From Burkholderiales bacterium (GTDB lineage: Bacteria > Pseudomonadota > Gammaproteobacteria > Burkholderiales > Burkholderiaceae_D), in contig JBBSEF010000010.1 of NCBI GenBank assembly GCA_038240015.1, forward strand, positions 885 through 64,884: DNA of 64,000 nt. The letters are read 5' to 3'. Numbering within the stretch: the first letter of the stretch is position 1; every line of letters starts with the position of its first letter. The translations under genes were made by a program, and so were the position numbers. Under the pieces are notes generated by a model that saw only the letters and a list, made by a program, of their open reading frames with translations, ran no database searches and was not told the origin of the DNA. This document shows, in pieces, positions 38,522-50,281 of the stretch.

Positions 38522-39355
38522 CTACGCCGCGTGCGGCAGTTCGGCGGGCGCCGCGGGCGTGCCCTCGGACACCGTCAGCACTTCGTGCCCGTCGTCCGTG
38601 ACGAGCACGGTGTGTTCCCACTGCGCCGACAGGCTGTGGTCCTTGGTGACGATGGTCCAGCCATCGGCCATCTCGCGGATCTCGCGGCGACCCGCGTTGA
38701 TCATCGGTTCGACCGTGAAGATCATGCCGGGCACGAGCAGTTCAAGCGTCCCTGCTCGACCGTAGTGAAGCACCTGCGGGTCTTCGTGAAAACGCTGTCC
38801 GATGCCGTGCCCGCAGAATTCGCGAACGACTGAGAAGCCGTTGCGCTCCGCATGGCGCTGGATGACATGACCGACGTCACCCAGATGCGCGCCCGGCCTG
38901 ACGGCGCGAATGCCGAGCCACATGCATTCGAACGTGATCTCGCACAGGCGCCGCGCTTGAATCGAAGCTTCGCCGACCAGGAACATGCGGCTCGTATCGC
39001 CGTGATATCCGTCCTTGATGACCGTGACGTCGATGTTGACAATGTCGCCGTTCTTCAATACGCGGTCGCCGGGAATGCCGTGGCAGACCTGATGGTTCAC
39101 CGACGTGCACACCGACTTCGGGTAGGGACGATAGCCGGGCGGCGCGTAATTGAGCGGCGCGGGAATCGTCTGCTGCACGTCGACCATGTAGTCGTGACAC
39201 AGCCGATCGAGTTCGCCCGTGGTCATTCCGGGCTTGACGAACGGCGTGATGTGGTCGAGCACTTCCGACCCGAGGCGCCCGGCGATGCGCATCCGCTCGA
39301 TGTCGGTGGCGGTCTTGATGATGGCGGACGATGCGGGGCGGGGAAGCGAACTCAT
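38522..39355 (-). CDS. map: Type I methionine aminopeptidase
   Basis: Contains IKTATDIERMRIAGRL, CHGIPGD, DIVNIDVTVIKDGYHGDTSRMF and the EHTV motif. Start at the ATG at 39355; no clear SD. Confidence 0.88.
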   Translation of the reverse strand: MSSLPRPASSAIIKTATDIERMRIAGRLGSEVLDHITPFVKPGMTTGELDRLCHDYMVDVQQTIPAPLNYAPPGYRPYPKSVCTSVNHQVCHGIPGDRVLKNGDIVNIDVTVIKDGYHGDTSRMFLVGEASIQARRLCEITFECMWLGIRAVRPGAHLGDVGHVIQRHAERNGFSVVREFCGHGIGQRFHEDPQVLHYGRAGTLELLVPGMIFTVEPMINAGRREIREMADGWTIVTKDHSLSAQWEHTVLVTDDGHEVLTVSEGTPAAPAELPHAA

Positions 39356-39383
39356 GGGAGTGGGGTGGAACGATTCAGCGAAA

Positions 39384-39398
39384 CCGCTATAATAGCGG
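39384..39398. promoter_or_regulatory. Perfect 7-1-7 palindrome centred on a TATAAT hexamer in the map/rpsB divergent spacer
   Basis: CCGCTAT-A-ATAGCGG. TATAAT lies at 39388-39393 on the plus strand, and the same position reads TATTAT on the minus strand. Confidence 0.35.
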
Positions 39399-39578
39399 GC
39401 TTGCCGGAAGCCGTCTGCGTTGCGACTAGGCAATCACCACAGGCAATCACCGCAGCGCGCGTCGTACCCGAGGCGCCGGCAGAAATCTGTTTGACCATCC
39501 GCGAGTCAGCGTACCGAGGGTGCCGTTTCCGTTGTGGACGGTGCAACGCTTGCTCTAGACCCAACCCTTAGGAATTCT

Positions 39579-40319
39579 ATGTCGACCACCATGCGTGAAA
39601 TGCTCGAGGCGGGCGTCCATTTCGGACACCAGACCCGCTTCTGGAATCCCAAGATGGCGCCGTTCATTTTCGGCCATCGCAACCGGATTCATATCGTCAA
39701 CCTCGAGAAGACGCTCTCGAATTACAACGATGCGATCAAGTACGCGAAGAAGCTCGCCGCCAACCGCGGCACGATCCTCTTCGTGGGCACAAAGCGTCAG
39801 GCCCGCGAAATCATCGCCGAAGAAGCCAAGCGCGCCGGCGTACCTTATGTCGATCAGCGCTGGCTGGGCGGCATGCTCACCAACTTCAAGACTGTCAAGG
39901 CGTCGATCAAGCGCTTGAAGGACATGGAAGCGACCGTGGCCGATGGCGGTCAGGAGCGCATGAGCAAGAAGGAAGCGCTGACGTTCTCGCGCGAGATGGA
40001 GAAGCTGCAGAAATCGATCGGCGGCATCAAGGACATGAACGGCGTGCCCGATGCGATCTTCGTCATCGACGTCGGTTATCACAAGGGCGCGGTCACCGAA
40101 GCCGCCAAGCTCGGCGTGCCGGTCATCGGCGTGGTCGATACCAACCACTCGCCCGACAGCATCGCCTACGTGATCCCCGGCAACGACGACTCGAGCAAGG
40201 CGATTCGTCTGTATGCACGCGGCGTCGCCGACGCGATTCTCGAAGGTCGCAACAACGCACTCCACGACATCGTCGAAGCGCCCGAGAACGGCGAAGATTT
40301 CGTCGAAGTCAACGCGTAG
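39579..40319 (+). CDS. rpsB: 30S ribosomal protein S2
   Basis: Contains [22 protein letters not shown]. Start at the ATG at 39579 (MSTTMREML). Confidence 0.95.
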   Translation: MSTTMREMLEAGVHFGHQTRFWNPKMAPFIFGHRNRIHIVNLEKTLSNYNDAIKYAKKLAANRGTILFVGTKRQAREIIAEEAKRAGVPYVDQRWLGGMLTNFKTVKASIKRLKDMEATVADGGQERMSKKEALTFSREMEKLQKSIGGIKDMNGVPDAIFVIDVGYHKGAVTEAAKLGVPVIGVVDTNHSPDSIAYVIPGNDDSSKAIRLYARGVADAILEGRNNALHDIVEAPENGEDFVEVNA

Positions 40320-40379
40320 TCGCGACCGATCGATAGCCCGTCGCGAGTCGCGCGATCGGGCCGAATGAACGGCAGTGCG

Positions 40380-40409
40380 GGGTGTCTTTCGCGGCGCCCC
40401 TTTTTTTTG
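40380..40409 (+). terminator. Hairpin plus T8 between rpsB and tsf (attenuator/partial terminator)
   Basis: GGGGTGTC-tttcgc-GGCGCCCC (two G-U pairs) followed by TTTTTTTT. It occupies the same position as the known rpsB-tsf attenuator in enterobacteria. Confidence 0.65.
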
Positions 40410-40449
40410 TTTCGACGAATTTTCAACAGCCCAAGGCAAGGGGAAACAC

Positions 40450-41340
40450 ATGGCGGAAATCACCGCGGGCATGGTCAAGGCGCTTCGTGAAAAGACCGAC
40501 GCGCCGATGATGGAGTGCAAAAAGGCATTGGCCGAAGCCGCAGGTGACATGGACAAGGCCGAAGAGCTGTTGCGCGTCAAGCTGGGCAACAAGGCGAGCA
40601 AGGCCGCGAGCCGCGTCACGGCCGAAGGCATCGTCGGCATCGTCATCGAGGGCAAGGTCGGCGCGCTGGTCGAGATCAACTGCGAGACCGACTTCGTCGC
40701 GAAGAACGAAGACTTCCTGCAGTTCACGAAGAACGTCGCGACGACCATCGTTCACCAGGATCCGGCGACGGTCGATGCGTTGCTCGGCATGCCGCTCGAA
40801 GGCAAGACGGTCGAGGAAACGCGCGCCGCACTGGTCGGAAAGATCGGCGAGAACCTGTCGATCCGCCGCTTCGTGCGCTATGAAACCGAAGCGAAGCTGG
40901 CGAGCTATATCCACGGCACGCGTATCGGCGTATTGGTTGAATACGATGCGGCCGACGATCAGGTCGGCAAGGACCTCGCGATGCATATCGCGGCCAGCAA
41001 GCCGCTGACGATCTCGAAGGACGACGTTCCCGCCGACAAGATCGAGACCGAACGCAAGGTATTCGCCGCGCAGGCAGCCGAGGAAGCGACGAAACGCGGC
41101 AAGCCCGCCGATATCGTTGCGAAGATGGTGGAAGGGCGCGTCTCGAAATATCTGGCCGAAGTCGCGCTGCTCGGTCAGCCGTTCGTGAAGAACCCCGACG
41201 AGACGATCGAGAAGATGTTGAAAGCCAGGGGTGCGCGTGTGTTGCGCTTCGCGCTGTATGTGGTGGGTGAAGGCATCGAGAAGCGCAGCGATGATTTCGC
41301 GGCCGAAGTCGCGGCCCAGGTCGCAGCGGCGCATAAGTAA
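40450..41340 (+). CDS. tsf: Elongation factor Ts
   Basis: Contains [27 protein letters not shown]. Confidence 0.95.
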   Translation: MAEITAGMVKALREKTDAPMMECKKALAEAAGDMDKAEELLRVKLGNKASKAASRVTAEGIVGIVIEGKVGALVEINCETDFVAKNEDFLQFTKNVATTIVHQDPATVDALLGMPLEGKTVEETRAALVGKIGENLSIRRFVRYETEAKLASYIHGTRIGVLVEYDAADDQVGKDLAMHIAASKPLTISKDDVPADKIETERKVFAAQAAEEATKRGKPADIVAKMVEGRVSKYLAEVALLGQPFVKNPDETIEKMLKARGARVLRFALYVVGEGIEKRSDDFAAEVAAQVAAAHK

Positions 41341-41379
41341 TTGCGCTGGGGAAATCAACGATAATGCCGCGCTGCTGTC

Positions 41380-41446
41380 GTCCCTGCGAAAGCAGGGACC
41401 CAGTGACGTTAGTTCGCAGACGCTGGGTTCCCGCGTTCGCGGGAAC
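41380..41446. repeat. REP-like palindromic element: two GC-rich hairpins with a bridging stem
   Basis: GTCCCTGC-gaaa-GCAGGGAC (41380-41399) and GTTCCCGCG-tt-CGCGGGAAC (41427-41446). The flanking ACCCAG / CTGGGT segments can pair between them. Confidence 0.6.
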
Positions 41447-41481
41447 GACGGGACGGCACGAACAGCGAGGAATGACGCGAG

Positions 41482-42195
41482 ATGGCATTGGCCTACAAGC
41501 GGGTGTTGCTGAAGCTCTCGGGCGAAGCGTTGATGGGTGACGATTCGTTCGGCATCAATCGAGAGACGATCGAAACGATGGTGGCCGATATCGCCGACGT
41601 GGTGAAGAGCGGCGTCCAACTCGCGATCGTGATCGGCGGAGGCAATATTTTTCGCGGCGTGGCCCTCGGCGCGTCCGGCATGGACCGCGCTACGGCCGAC
41701 TACATGGGCATGCTCGCGACGATGATGAATGCGCTCGCGCTGCAGGACGCCTTGATGCGCGCCGGCGTCTCGGCGCGGGTGCTGTCGGCGCTGCGCATGG
41801 ATCAAGTGGTTGAGCCGTATATCCGGCCCAAGGCGATGCGTCATCTGGAAGAAGGAAGGGTAGTGATTTTTGCGGCCGGCACCGGCAATCCGTTCTTCAC
41901 GACCGATACCGCCGCTGCCCTTCGGGGAGCTGAGATCGGCGCCGAGATCGTGTTGAAGGCGACCAAGGTCGATGGCGTCTACAGTGCCGATCCGAACCAG
42001 GATGCAGGGGCGACGCGCTATGCAACCATCAGCTTCGACGAAGCGATCGGCAAGCATCTGCAGGTGATGGACGCGACCGCCTTCGCGTTGTGCCGCGATC
42101 AGAAGCTGCCGATCAGGGTGTTCTCCATCGTCAAGCCGGGTTCGTTGAAGCGCGTGTGCGAAGGCGCCGACGAGGGCACGCTGGTTCACGTTTAG
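41482..42195 (+). CDS. pyrH: UMP kinase
   Basis: Contains [13 protein letters not shown] and [10 protein letters not shown]. Confidence 0.95.
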   Translation: MALAYKRVLLKLSGEALMGDDSFGINRETIETMVADIADVVKSGVQLAIVIGGGNIFRGVALGASGMDRATADYMGMLATMMNALALQDALMRAGVSARVLSALRMDQVVEPYIRPKAMRHLEEGRVVIFAAGTGNPFFTTDTAAALRGAEIGAEIVLKATKVDGVYSADPNQDAGATRYATISFDEAIGKHLQVMDATAFALCRDQKLPIRVFSIVKPGSLKRVCEGADEGTLVHV

Positions 42196-42214
42196 ACGAA
42201 GACAGGACACGCGC

Positions 42215-42775
42215 ATGGCGATTGCCGACATCAAGAAGACGGTTGAGCAGAAGATGCAGAAGTCGCTCGAGACCTTGAAGGCCGACCTGGGGAAAGTCCG
42301 CACTGGACGCGCCCATACAGGCTTGCTCGATCACATCCACGTCGATTACTACGGCACGCCGACAGCCTTGAGTCAGGTCGCCAACGTCACGCTCGTCGAT
42401 GCGCGAACCATCGGCGTGCAGCCGTGGGAAAAGAAGATGGTGCAGGTGGTCGAGAAGGCGATTCGCGAGGCCGACCTCGGACTGAACCCCGCCACCAGCG
42501 GCGACATGATCCGCGTTCCGATGCCCGCGCTCACCGAAGAGCGGCGTCGTGAATTGACCAAGGTCGTCAAGAGCGAGGGAGAGGACGCCAAGATCGCGAT
42601 CCGCAATCTGCGTCGCGATGCGAACAATCAGTTGAAGGACGTGCTCAAGGCCAAGGAGGTTTCCGAGGACGACGAGCGCCGCGCGCAAGACGACGTGCAG
42701 AAGCTGACCGATCGCAACATCGGCGAGATCGACAAGATGGTGGCGCAGAAGGAAGCGGAGATCATGACGGTTTGA
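42215..42775 (+). CDS. frr: Ribosome recycling factor
   Basis: 186 aa, with [13 protein letters not shown] and [11 protein letters not shown] motifs. Confidence 0.95.
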   Translation: MAIADIKKTVEQKMQKSLETLKADLGKVRTGRAHTGLLDHIHVDYYGTPTALSQVANVTLVDARTIGVQPWEKKMVQVVEKAIREADLGLNPATSGDMIRVPMPALTEERRRELTKVVKSEGEDAKIAIRNLRRDANNQLKDVLKAKEVSEDDERRAQDDVQKLTDRNIGEIDKMVAQKEAEIMTV

Positions 42776-42891
42776 GCTCGCGCTCGATCCGCTCGCTCGC
42801 ATCGCTCAATGATCGGCCGACCGCTCATGCATCGTTCCTTGCGTCGTTCCCGCGTCGTCCCCCCGGCGCTTCGCGTTCGGCTGATCCCGCG

Positions 42892-43650
42892 ATGAACCGG
42901 CGCGTCAGTTCCACCCAGACCATTCCCGAGACGGCCGACGTGCCGCGCCACGTCGCAATCATCATGGACGGCAATGGCCGCTGGGCAACCTCGCGACATC
43001 TGCCGCGCGCGGCCGGACACTCGAAGGGCGTCGATCGCGTCGAGGAGATCGTCGAAGCCTGCATCGTTCGCGGCGTTACGCATCTGACGTTGTTCGCATT
43101 CAGTTCCGAAAACTGGCGGCGTCCCGCCGACGAGGTGTCGCTGCTGATGCGTCTGTTCATCGGCACGCTGGAGAGGCAGGTCGCGCGCTTGCACGCCAAC
43201 GGAATTCGCCTTTGCGTGATCGGCGATCTCGAACGGTTCGAACCGCGCCTGCGCGGATTGATCGAGTCGGCGCAACAAAAGACGTCGGGCAACGACAAGC
43301 TGACATTGACGATCGCCGCGAACTACGGGGGACGAGCAGACATCCTGATTGCGATCAGGAAGCTGCTCGCGGACCGGTCCGAGCTGGCAAGCGATCCGTC
43401 GCGAATCGACGAAGAAAGTTTCGCGCCCTATCTCGCCATGCATGGCATGCCCGAGCCGGATCTTTTCATTCGTACCGGCGGTGAACAGCGCATCAGTAAC
43501 TTCCTTCTCTGGCAACTGGCCTACACCGAGCTTTACTTCACCGATGTGTACTGGCCGAACTTCGATGCCGAAGAGCTGGATCGGGCGATCGCCTGGTACC
43601 GGATGCGCGAGCGCCGCTTCGGGCGTACCAGCGCGCAACTGGGCGCGTGA
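42892..43650 (+). CDS. uppS: Ditrans,polycis-undecaprenyl-diphosphate synthase
   Basis: Contains [24 protein letters not shown] and [15 protein letters not shown]. Start at the ATG at 42892. Confidence 0.9.
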   Translation: MNRRVSSTQTIPETADVPRHVAIIMDGNGRWATSRHLPRAAGHSKGVDRVEEIVEACIVRGVTHLTLFAFSSENWRRPADEVSLLMRLFIGTLERQVARLHANGIRLCVIGDLERFEPRLRGLIESAQQKTSGNDKLTLTIAANYGGRADILIAIRKLLADRSELASDPSRIDEESFAPYLAMHGMPEPDLFIRTGGEQRISNFLLWQLAYTELYFTDVYWPNFDAEELDRAIAWYRMRERRFGRTSAQLGA

Positions 43651-43653
43651 GCC

Positions 43654-44481
43654 ATGTTGAAGCAGCGCATCATCACGGCTCTGGTGTTGGTCGGTCTGCT
43701 CGCGCTGGTGCTGACGGTCGCGCGGCCCTGGGGCTTTCCATTGTTTGCGTTGCTGCTGGTCGGCGCCGTGATCGCCGAATGGCTCACGCTGCTCGGCCTG
43801 TCGCGAACCACGACGGTGGTCGCTGCGGGTCTGATGATGTTCGTGCTGTGGATCATCGACTCGAGCGCGTATGCCTCGCCGGTGGCGCTGGTGGTCTGGG
43901 TAGCGGCTGCGGGGGTCTGGTTCGCACTCGCGACGTCTCTCTTCGTCGCGGGCCGCTTCCCGCCATCGGATCGCTGGCGAATCGGGTATGCCGGTCTCGG
44001 GCTGTTGCTACCAGCGGCCTGCTGGTTTGCATTGGTTGCCGCGTATCGCGAGGGATTGGTGTTTCTTGTTTCCATCCTCGCCATGGTCTGGGCCGCAGAT
44101 GTCGCGGCGTATTTCGCAGGCCGCGCGTTCGGAAAGAAGAAACTTGCGCCGTCGATCAGCCCTGGCAAGACCTGGGCTGGGGCCATCGGCGGCGCGATCG
44201 CTGCGCTGGTGTTCGCTGCGATCGCGGCCAAATGGCCCCTGTTGTCCGGAAGTTATTTCGACGTGCTGGCGCAGCGCTGGCCGATGGTCGCGATGCTTGC
44301 CGCTGTTCTCGTGTTGGTGATTCTCAGCATCGTCGGCGATTTGTTCGAGTCGCAGTTGAAACGCCAGCGCGGCGTAAAGGACAGCGGCCGTCTGCTGCCG
44401 GGACACGGCGGCGTTTTCGATCGAGTCGATGCGTTGCTTCCGGTCGTTCCGATCGCCGTGCTGCTGACTCTGATCGCTTGA
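43654..44481 (+). CDS. cdsA: Phosphatidate cytidylyltransferase
   Basis: Polytopic membrane protein with the signature SQLKRQRGVKDSGRLLPGHGGVFDRVD. Confidence 0.92.
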   Translation: MLKQRIITALVLVGLLALVLTVARPWGFPLFALLLVGAVIAEWLTLLGLSRTTTVVAAGLMMFVLWIIDSSAYASPVALVVWVAAAGVWFALATSLFVAGRFPPSDRWRIGYAGLGLLLPAACWFALVAAYREGLVFLVSILAMVWAADVAAYFAGRAFGKKKLAPSISPGKTWAGAIGGAIAALVFAAIAAKWPLLSGSYFDVLAQRWPMVAMLAAVLVLVILSIVGDLFESQLKRQRGVKDSGRLLPGHGGVFDRVDALLPVVPIAVLLTLIA

Positions 44482-44496
44482 CGGAAGAATGATGCG

Positions 44497-45744
44497 ATGA
44501 ACGCGTTGATCGACCCACGTCGCGGCAGTCATGCGGGCGCGCATCGCGCGCCATCGGCCGAAGTGCAATCGATCACGATCCTCGGCTCGACCGGCTCGAT
44601 CGGCGTCAGTACGCTCGACGTACTCGCGCGTCATCCGGATCGCTATCGCGTTCACGCGTTGACGGGCCATACCCGCGTTGCCGAACTCGCGGAGCAATGC
44701 CGGCGTTTCGCGCCCGCGCGCGCGGTGGTTGCGAATGCCGACGATGCGAAGACCTTGCGCGAGATGCTGGCCGCGAGCGGCCGTCACGCGATGCAGATCG
44801 ATCATGGCCCGGAGGCCCTGTGCGAAGTCGCGCGCGAAGCCGAGGTGGTGATGGCCGCGATCGTCGGCGCGGCCGGATTGGCTGCGGCGATGGCCGCGGC
44901 GCGTGCGGGCCGCCGCGTTCTGCTCGCGAACAAGGAGGCGCTGGTGATGGCCGGCTCGCTGTTCATCGATGCCGTCGTCACGGGCGGCGCCACGTTGTTG
45001 CCGATCGATAGCGAGCACAACGCCATCTTTCAATGCTTGCCCCATCCTGTCGACGGGCGCCATCAACACGCGGGCATCGCGCGCATTGTGCTCACCGCCT
45101 CGGGCGGCCCGTTTCGCACCATGCCGATCGATCAGATGGAGCGCGTCACACCCGACGAGGCGTGCGCGCATCCCAATTGGAAGATGGGCCGCAAGATTTC
45201 GGTCGACTCGGCGACGATGATGAACAAGGGACTCGAGGTGATCGAAGCGCGCTGGCTGTTCGGCCTTGCGCCCGATCGCATCGAGGTCGTGATTCATCCG
45301 CAAAGCGTGGTCCATTCGATGGTCGAATATGTCGATGGCTCGGTGCTCGCGCAGATGGGCAACCCCGACATGCGCACGCCGATCGCGCATGCGCTGGCGT
45401 GGCCCGAGCGCATCGCATCGGGCGTGCCGTCGCTCGATCTGACCGCGATCGCGCGGCTCGATTTCGAGAAGCCCGACCTCGGACGCTTTCCCTGCATCGA
45501 TCTCGCATACCATGCGCTTGTTTCGGGAGGCAGCGCGTCGGCCATTCTCAACGCCGCCAACGAAATCGCGGTCGATGCGTTCTTGAATCGGCGTATCCGC
45601 TTCACGGATATTGCGAACTTGGTCGATCGTGTGTTGAATGCGTTGCCTGCGAGCGCGCCGAAGTCGCTCGACGACATCTTCGAGATCGACATGAAGGCTC
45701 GAGAGTGCGCACGCGAATGCATGGACGAACTCGCGGCCCGTTGA
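44497..45744 (+). CDS. dxr: 1-deoxy-D-xylulose 5-phosphate reductoisomerase
   Basis: Contains [17 protein letters not shown] and NAANE motifs. The ATG at 44497 has the SD ggaaga. A GTG at 44563 would give the more usual short N-terminus. Confidence 0.88.
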   Translation: MNALIDPRRGSHAGAHRAPSAEVQSITILGSTGSIGVSTLDVLARHPDRYRVHALTGHTRVAELAEQCRRFAPARAVVANADDAKTLREMLAASGRHAMQIDHGPEALCEVAREAEVVMAAIVGAAGLAAAMAAARAGRRVLLANKEALVMAGSLFIDAVVTGGATLLPIDSEHNAIFQCLPHPVDGRHQHAGIARIVLTASGGPFRTMPIDQMERVTPDEACAHPNWKMGRKISVDSATMMNKGLEVIEARWLFGLAPDRIEVVIHPQSVVHSMVEYVDGSVLAQMGNPDMRTPIAHALAWPERIASGVPSLDLTAIARLDFEKPDLGRFPCIDLAYHALVSGGSASAILNAANEIAVDAFLNRRIRFTDIANLVDRVLNALPASAPKSLDDIFEIDMKARECARECMDELAAR

Positions 45745-45766
45745 AGAAAAACCTGGAAACCTGTCG

Positions 45767-47197
45767 ATGAATTTTGTCTGGACCGTTGCCGCATTCTTTG
45801 CCGCGCTCGGACCCTTGATCGTGTTTCACGAACTCGGCCATTACGCGGTCGCGCGTCTGTGCGGCGTGAAGGTGCTGCGCTTTTCGGTCGGCTTCGGTCG
45901 TCCGTTGTTGAAGTGGGTGCGCGGGCGCGACAAGACCGAGTGGGTGCTCGCGGCGATTCCTTTCGGCGGCTATGTCGCGATGCTCGACGAGCGCGAGATG
46001 AAAGTTGATCCGCAGGCCGCGCCGATTCCCGAGAGCGATCTGCGGCGCGCGTTCAATCGGCAGTCGGTTGCCAAGCGCATCGTGATCGTTGCCGCCGGAC
46101 CGTTCGCGAATCTGCTACTTGCGGTGCTGCTGTACGCGGGCGTGAACATGGTCGGCGTCGACGAGCCGCGCGCGATGTTCTCGACGCCAGGCGCGAGCAG
46201 CGCGCTCGCGCAGGCCGGTATCGATGCGCCGTTCGAAGTGACCGCGCTCGATGACGATGCGATTCGATCGATCGTCGATTTGCGTTGGCGCCTCCTGAAG
46301 ATTGGCGTCGATCACGGGTCGGCGCTGCTGCAGGTCAGACGAGTCGATCAGCCGGCCGACACAGGCCGCCGCGTGACTCTCGACCTCGCGCGCTTCGAGA
46401 CCAAGGACCTCGAAACCGACTTCATGCAGAAACTCGGGCTCGCGCTCTTGCGACCCAAGCCCACGATACGCGACGTCGCCGACGCCAGCGGCCCCGCGGC
46501 CCTCGCGGGTTTGAAACGCGGCGACCGCGTCGTGTCGATCGATGGCAAGGCGATCGACGACGTCGACGCGCTTCAGCACATCGTCGGCGCCTCACCAGGC
46601 AAGAAACTCCAGTTCGTGATCGAGCGCAACGGGGCGATGGTGACGACATCGGTCACGCCGATCGCCGCTGCCGTCGCGGCGTCGAGCACCCCGCCCAGCG
46701 CCGCGTCCGGTCCCGCGCCGAGCACTGCAGCGGCCCCCGCGACAATGGGACGCATCGGCGTTCAGTTGGGTGCCCAGCTTCAGACGGTGCGCGTGCATTA
46801 CGGTCCGTTGGAAGCGGTCGCACACGGCGCCGTGCAGACATGGGACCTGTGCGTGTTCTCGGTTCGGATGATCGGCAAGATGCTGTCGGGCGAGATCTCG
46901 CTCAAGAACATCAGCGGGCCGGTGACGATCGCCGATTACGCGGGCCAGTCGGCGCGACTCGGGCCGCTGGCCTTCATCAGCTTCGTCGCTTTCATCAGCA
47001 TCAGTCTGGGCGTGATGAACCTGCTGCCCGTGCCGATGCTCGATGGAGGTCATTTGCTGTATTATTTCGCCGAAATTGTCAGGGGGCGCCCGCCATCCGA
47101 ACGGTTTCTCGAATGGAGTCAGCGGGCAGGCATGTTCCTCCTTGCGGGCTTGATGGTCGTAGCGCTGTTCAACGACGTCGTGCGCTTGCTGTCGTGA
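45767..47197 (+). CDS. rseP: Site-2 (RIP) zinc metalloprotease RseP
   Basis: HELGH zinc motif at the N-terminus, PDZ region and a C-terminal NLLPVPMLDGGH motif. Confidence 0.92.
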   Translation: MNFVWTVAAFFAALGPLIVFHELGHYAVARLCGVKVLRFSVGFGRPLLKWVRGRDKTEWVLAAIPFGGYVAMLDEREMKVDPQAAPIPESDLRRAFNRQSVAKRIVIVAAGPFANLLLAVLLYAGVNMVGVDEPRAMFSTPGASSALAQAGIDAPFEVTALDDDAIRSIVDLRWRLLKIGVDHGSALLQVRRVDQPADTGRRVTLDLARFETKDLETDFMQKLGLALLRPKPTIRDVADASGPAALAGLKRGDRVVSIDGKAIDDVDALQHIVGASPGKKLQFVIERNGAMVTTSVTPIAAAVAASSTPPSAASGPAPSTAAAPATMGRIGVQLGAQLQTVRVHYGPLEAVAHGAVQTWDLCVFSVRMIGKMLSGEISLKNISGPVTIADYAGQSARLGPLAFISFVAFISISLGVMNLLPVPMLDGGHLLYYFAEIVRGRPPSERFLEWSQRAGMFLLAGLMVVALFNDVVRLLS

Positions 47198-47296
47198 GCG
47201 ATCGTGAACAGGCAGGTCGCGCGTGAATGGCTGCGTCGCGCGATCCTCTCGCGCTTGTGGTTCCCTCCCAGCATTTTCGACCCCACGCATCTCTTG

Positions 47297-49636
47297 ATGA
47301 CGAAATCCCGTTTGTTGCGCTTCACGCGCTTTCCGCGCTTTCAATTCCGTCCTCTCGGCATCGCGGCTGCCTTGATCGCTTCAGGCGTCGGCGCATTTGC
47401 GACGCATGCGGCACATGCGTTCGAGCCCTTCGTGGTTCGTGACATACGCGTCGAAGGCATACAGCGCACCGATGCGGGCACGGTCTTCAGTTATCTGCCG
47501 GTCAAGGTCGGCGAAACCTTCACCGATGAGAAAGCCACCGCGGCGCTGAAGGCGCTCTATGCGACCGGCTTCTTCAAGGACGTGCGCATCGACGTCGACC
47601 GCGACGTACTGGTGGTCGTGATCGATGAACGTCCCGCGATCGCAGGCATAGAGTTCACGGGCTTGAAGGAGTTCGACAAGGACACCTTGAAGAAGGCGTT
47701 GAAGGACATCGGCCTTTCCGAGACGGCGATCTTCGACAAGGCGAACCTCGATCGCGCAGAGCAGGAGTTGAAGCGTCAATACCTCACGCGCGGCAAGTAC
47801 GGCGCGCAGGTGACGACCACGGTCACGCCGCTCGAACGCAATCGCGTCAACATCACCTTCAACATCGACGAAGGCGACGTCGCGACGATCAAGCAGATTC
47901 ATTTCGTCGGCAACAAGGCGTTTTCGGAAAAGACGCTGATCAAGGAACTGGCGTTGACGACACCGGGTTGGTTCACCTGGTACACCAAGAGCGATCAGTA
48001 TTCCAAGCAGAAGCTCGGCGGCGACCTCGAGACCTTGCGCTCGTATTACCTCAACCGCGGCTATCTCGAGTTCAACGTCGAATCCACGCAGGTATCGATC
48101 ACGCCCGACAAGAAAGACATCTACATCACGGTCAACATCAGCGAGGGAGAGAAGTACACCGTCTCGGACGTGAAGATCGCCGGTGAGGCGCTGGTCACTG
48201 AAGAAGAGTTGAAGAAGCTCATCAAGATCAAGGCGGGCGAAACCTATTCGGGAGAAAAGCTGACCGAGTCGACCAAGGCGATCCAGGACCGGCTCGGCGC
48301 GCTCGGCTATGCGTTCGCCAATGCCAACGCCGCGCCCGAATTGAATCGCGAGCAGCACACGGTGGCCTTCACGATCTTCGTCGATCCGGGCCGTCGCGTG
48401 TACGTGCGCCGCATCAACGTCAACGGCAACACCAAGACGCGCGACGAAGTCGTGCGGCGCGAGTTGCGTCAGGCCGAGGGCGGTTGGTACGACGTCGATG
48501 CGATCAAGTTGTCGAAGGAACGACTCGAGCGGCTGGCTTACTTCAAGGAAGTCAACCTGGAGACGCCGCAGGTCTCCGGCACCAACGACCAGGTCGATGT
48601 CAACCTCGCAGTGGTCGAAAAGCCGACCGGCAGCTTCAACGTCGGCGCAGGCTTCGCGCGGCAGGAAGGCGTGATACTCACCACCTCGGTGCTGCAGGAT
48701 AATCTGTTCGGCAGCGGCCAGAACGTCGGCCTGAGCCTGAACACGAGCAAGCTCAATCGCACCGCGGCGTTGTCGACCACCAATCCCTATTTCACCGACA
48801 ACGGCGTGTCGCGAACGTTAGACATCTTCTATCGCACCACCACTCCTTCGACCATCAGCCTGGGCGACTACACGTTGAAGACCGCGGGGTCCGGCGTGAC
48901 GTTCGGCGTGCCGTTCACCGAATACGATACCGTCTTCTTCGGCGCGCGCTTCGAGCACACGCGTATCGATCTGACCGCGACCAGTCCGTTGGCGTACGTC
49001 AACTACGTGGCGACCTTCGGCCCGTCGACCAATGCGTTGACCGGAACCATCGGTTGGCAGCGCGACAGCCGCGACAGCGCGATCACCGCCACCAGGGGCC
49101 GCTATCAGCGCGCCAATTTCGAATCGACCTTGCCCGCCGGACAGCTTCGCTATTACCGTGCGACCTATCAGCAAACTTATTACTATCCGATCATCAAGGA
49201 CTACACGCTGTCGCTCAATGGCGAAATCGATATCGGTCACGGATACGGCGGACGTCCGCTGCCGGTGTTCAAGAATTTTTACGCAGGCGGCATCGGGTCG
49301 ATCCGCGGATACGAAACCAGCTCGATCGGTCCGCGCGATCCGAATGGCGATCCGATCGGCGGCGCCAAGCGATTCAACGGCAACATCGAGTTGCTCTTCC
49401 CGCTGCCGGGGACGGGCAAGGACCGCGCATTCCGCGGCTTCACGTTCATCGATTCGGCCGCGGTGTATGCCGAAAAAGCGCGCATCACGTCAACCGGCCT
49501 GAGGTACTCGACCGGCTTCGGCATCAATTGGCTTTCACCGATCGGCGCGCTGCGGCTCTCCTACGCGATTCCCTTGAAGACCAAGCCGGACGATCGACTG
49601 CAACGTCTTCAATTCACCATCGGCAACAGCTTTTAA
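47297..49636 (+). CDS. bamA: Outer membrane protein assembly factor BamA
   Basis: Signal peptide ending AHA-FEP, POTRA repeats, a beta-barrel and a C-terminal aromatic residue (..FTIGNSF). Start at the ATG at 47297 (MTKSRLL); the track ORF starts at a GTG 31 codons upstream. Confidence 0.9.
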   Translation: MTKSRLLRFTRFPRFQFRPLGIAAALIASGVGAFATHAAHAFEPFVVRDIRVEGIQRTDAGTVFSYLPVKVGETFTDEKATAALKALYATGFFKDVRIDVDRDVLVVVIDERPAIAGIEFTGLKEFDKDTLKKALKDIGLSETAIFDKANLDRAEQELKRQYLTRGKYGAQVTTTVTPLERNRVNITFNIDEGDVATIKQIHFVGNKAFSEKTLIKELALTTPGWFTWYTKSDQYSKQKLGGDLETLRSYYLNRGYLEFNVESTQVSITPDKKDIYITVNISEGEKYTVSDVKIAGEALVTEEELKKLIKIKAGETYSGEKLTESTKAIQDRLGALGYAFANANAAPELNREQHTVAFTIFVDPGRRVYVRRINVNGNTKTRDEVVRRELRQAEGGWYDVDAIKLSKERLERLAYFKEVNLETPQVSGTNDQVDVNLAVVEKPTGSFNVGAGFARQEGVILTTSVLQDNLFGSGQNVGLSLNTSKLNRTAALSTTNPYFTDNGVSRTLDIFYRTTTPSTISLGDYTLKTAGSGVTFGVPFTEYDTVFFGARFEHTRIDLTATSPLAYVNYVATFGPSTNALTGTIGWQRDSRDSAITATRGRYQRANFESTLPAGQLRYYRATYQQTYYYPIIKDYTLSLNGEIDIGHGYGGRPLPVFKNFYAGGIGSIRGYETSSIGPRDPNGDPIGGAKRFNGNIELLFPLPGTGKDRAFRGFTFIDSAAVYAEKARITSTGLRYSTGFGINWLSPIGALRLSYAIPLKTKPDDRLQRLQFTIGNSF

Positions 49637-49733
49637 TTTCTTGGACCGTTCGACACAAACCGTGAACGATCTCGGGCCCATCGAGTCGGTGGACACTCGT
49701 GGCAAAATCATTTTTTCGCACAAAGGTTTCTCC

Positions 49734-50255
49734 ATGGAAATTCGATTCATTCGACGATTGATCCCAGGCCTCGCGACATTCGCGTTCGTCGCAGCGATGC
49801 AACCCGCGGTCGCGCAGGAGAATTCGAAGCTCGGGTTCGTCAGCCTCGATCGCATTCTGCGTGACTCGACGCCGGCTAAGGCCGCGCAGTCCAAGCTCGA
49901 AGCCGAGTTCTCCAAGCGACAGAAAGATCTTCAGGACGCAAGCAATCGGCTGAAGGCCACGGCCGACAAGCTGGACAAGGACGCACCGGTACTGTCAGAG
50001 GGCGACCGGGCCCGGCGCCAGCGCGAACTGGCCGATCTGGACAAGGACTTTCAACGTCGCCAGCGCGAGTTCAACGAAGACATCAACCAGCGCAAGAACG
50101 AAGAGCTGGCGAGCGTCGTCGAGCGCGCCAACAAGGTGATCCGGCAGATCGCCGAGGGCGAAAAGTACGACATCGTGTTTCAGGACGCGGTCTACGTGAA
50201 CCCGCGCATCGACATCACCGACAAGGTGTTGAAGACGCTCAACGCGACCAAGTAA
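49734..50255 (+). CDS. skp: Periplasmic chaperone Skp (OmpH)
   Basis: Signal peptide (..AMQPAVAQE) and a Lys/Glu/Gln-rich coiled-coil body. Conserved bamA-skp-lpxD order. Confidence 0.85.
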   Translation: MEIRFIRRLIPGLATFAFVAAMQPAVAQENSKLGFVSLDRILRDSTPAKAAQSKLEAEFSKRQKDLQDASNRLKATADKLDKDAPVLSEGDRARRQRELADLDKDFQRRQREFNEDINQRKNEELASVVERANKVIRQIAEGEKYDIVFQDAVYVNPRIDITDKVLKTLNATK

Positions 50256-50281
50256 TCGTGATGCGGGAGCGACGTGATGCC

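Noticed and set aside
40423-42303. 626-aa ORF antisense to tsf/pyrH, and a 609-aa ORF (61069-62898) antisense to ppsA
   Set aside because: Shadow ORFs opposite highly conserved genes, with no motifs.
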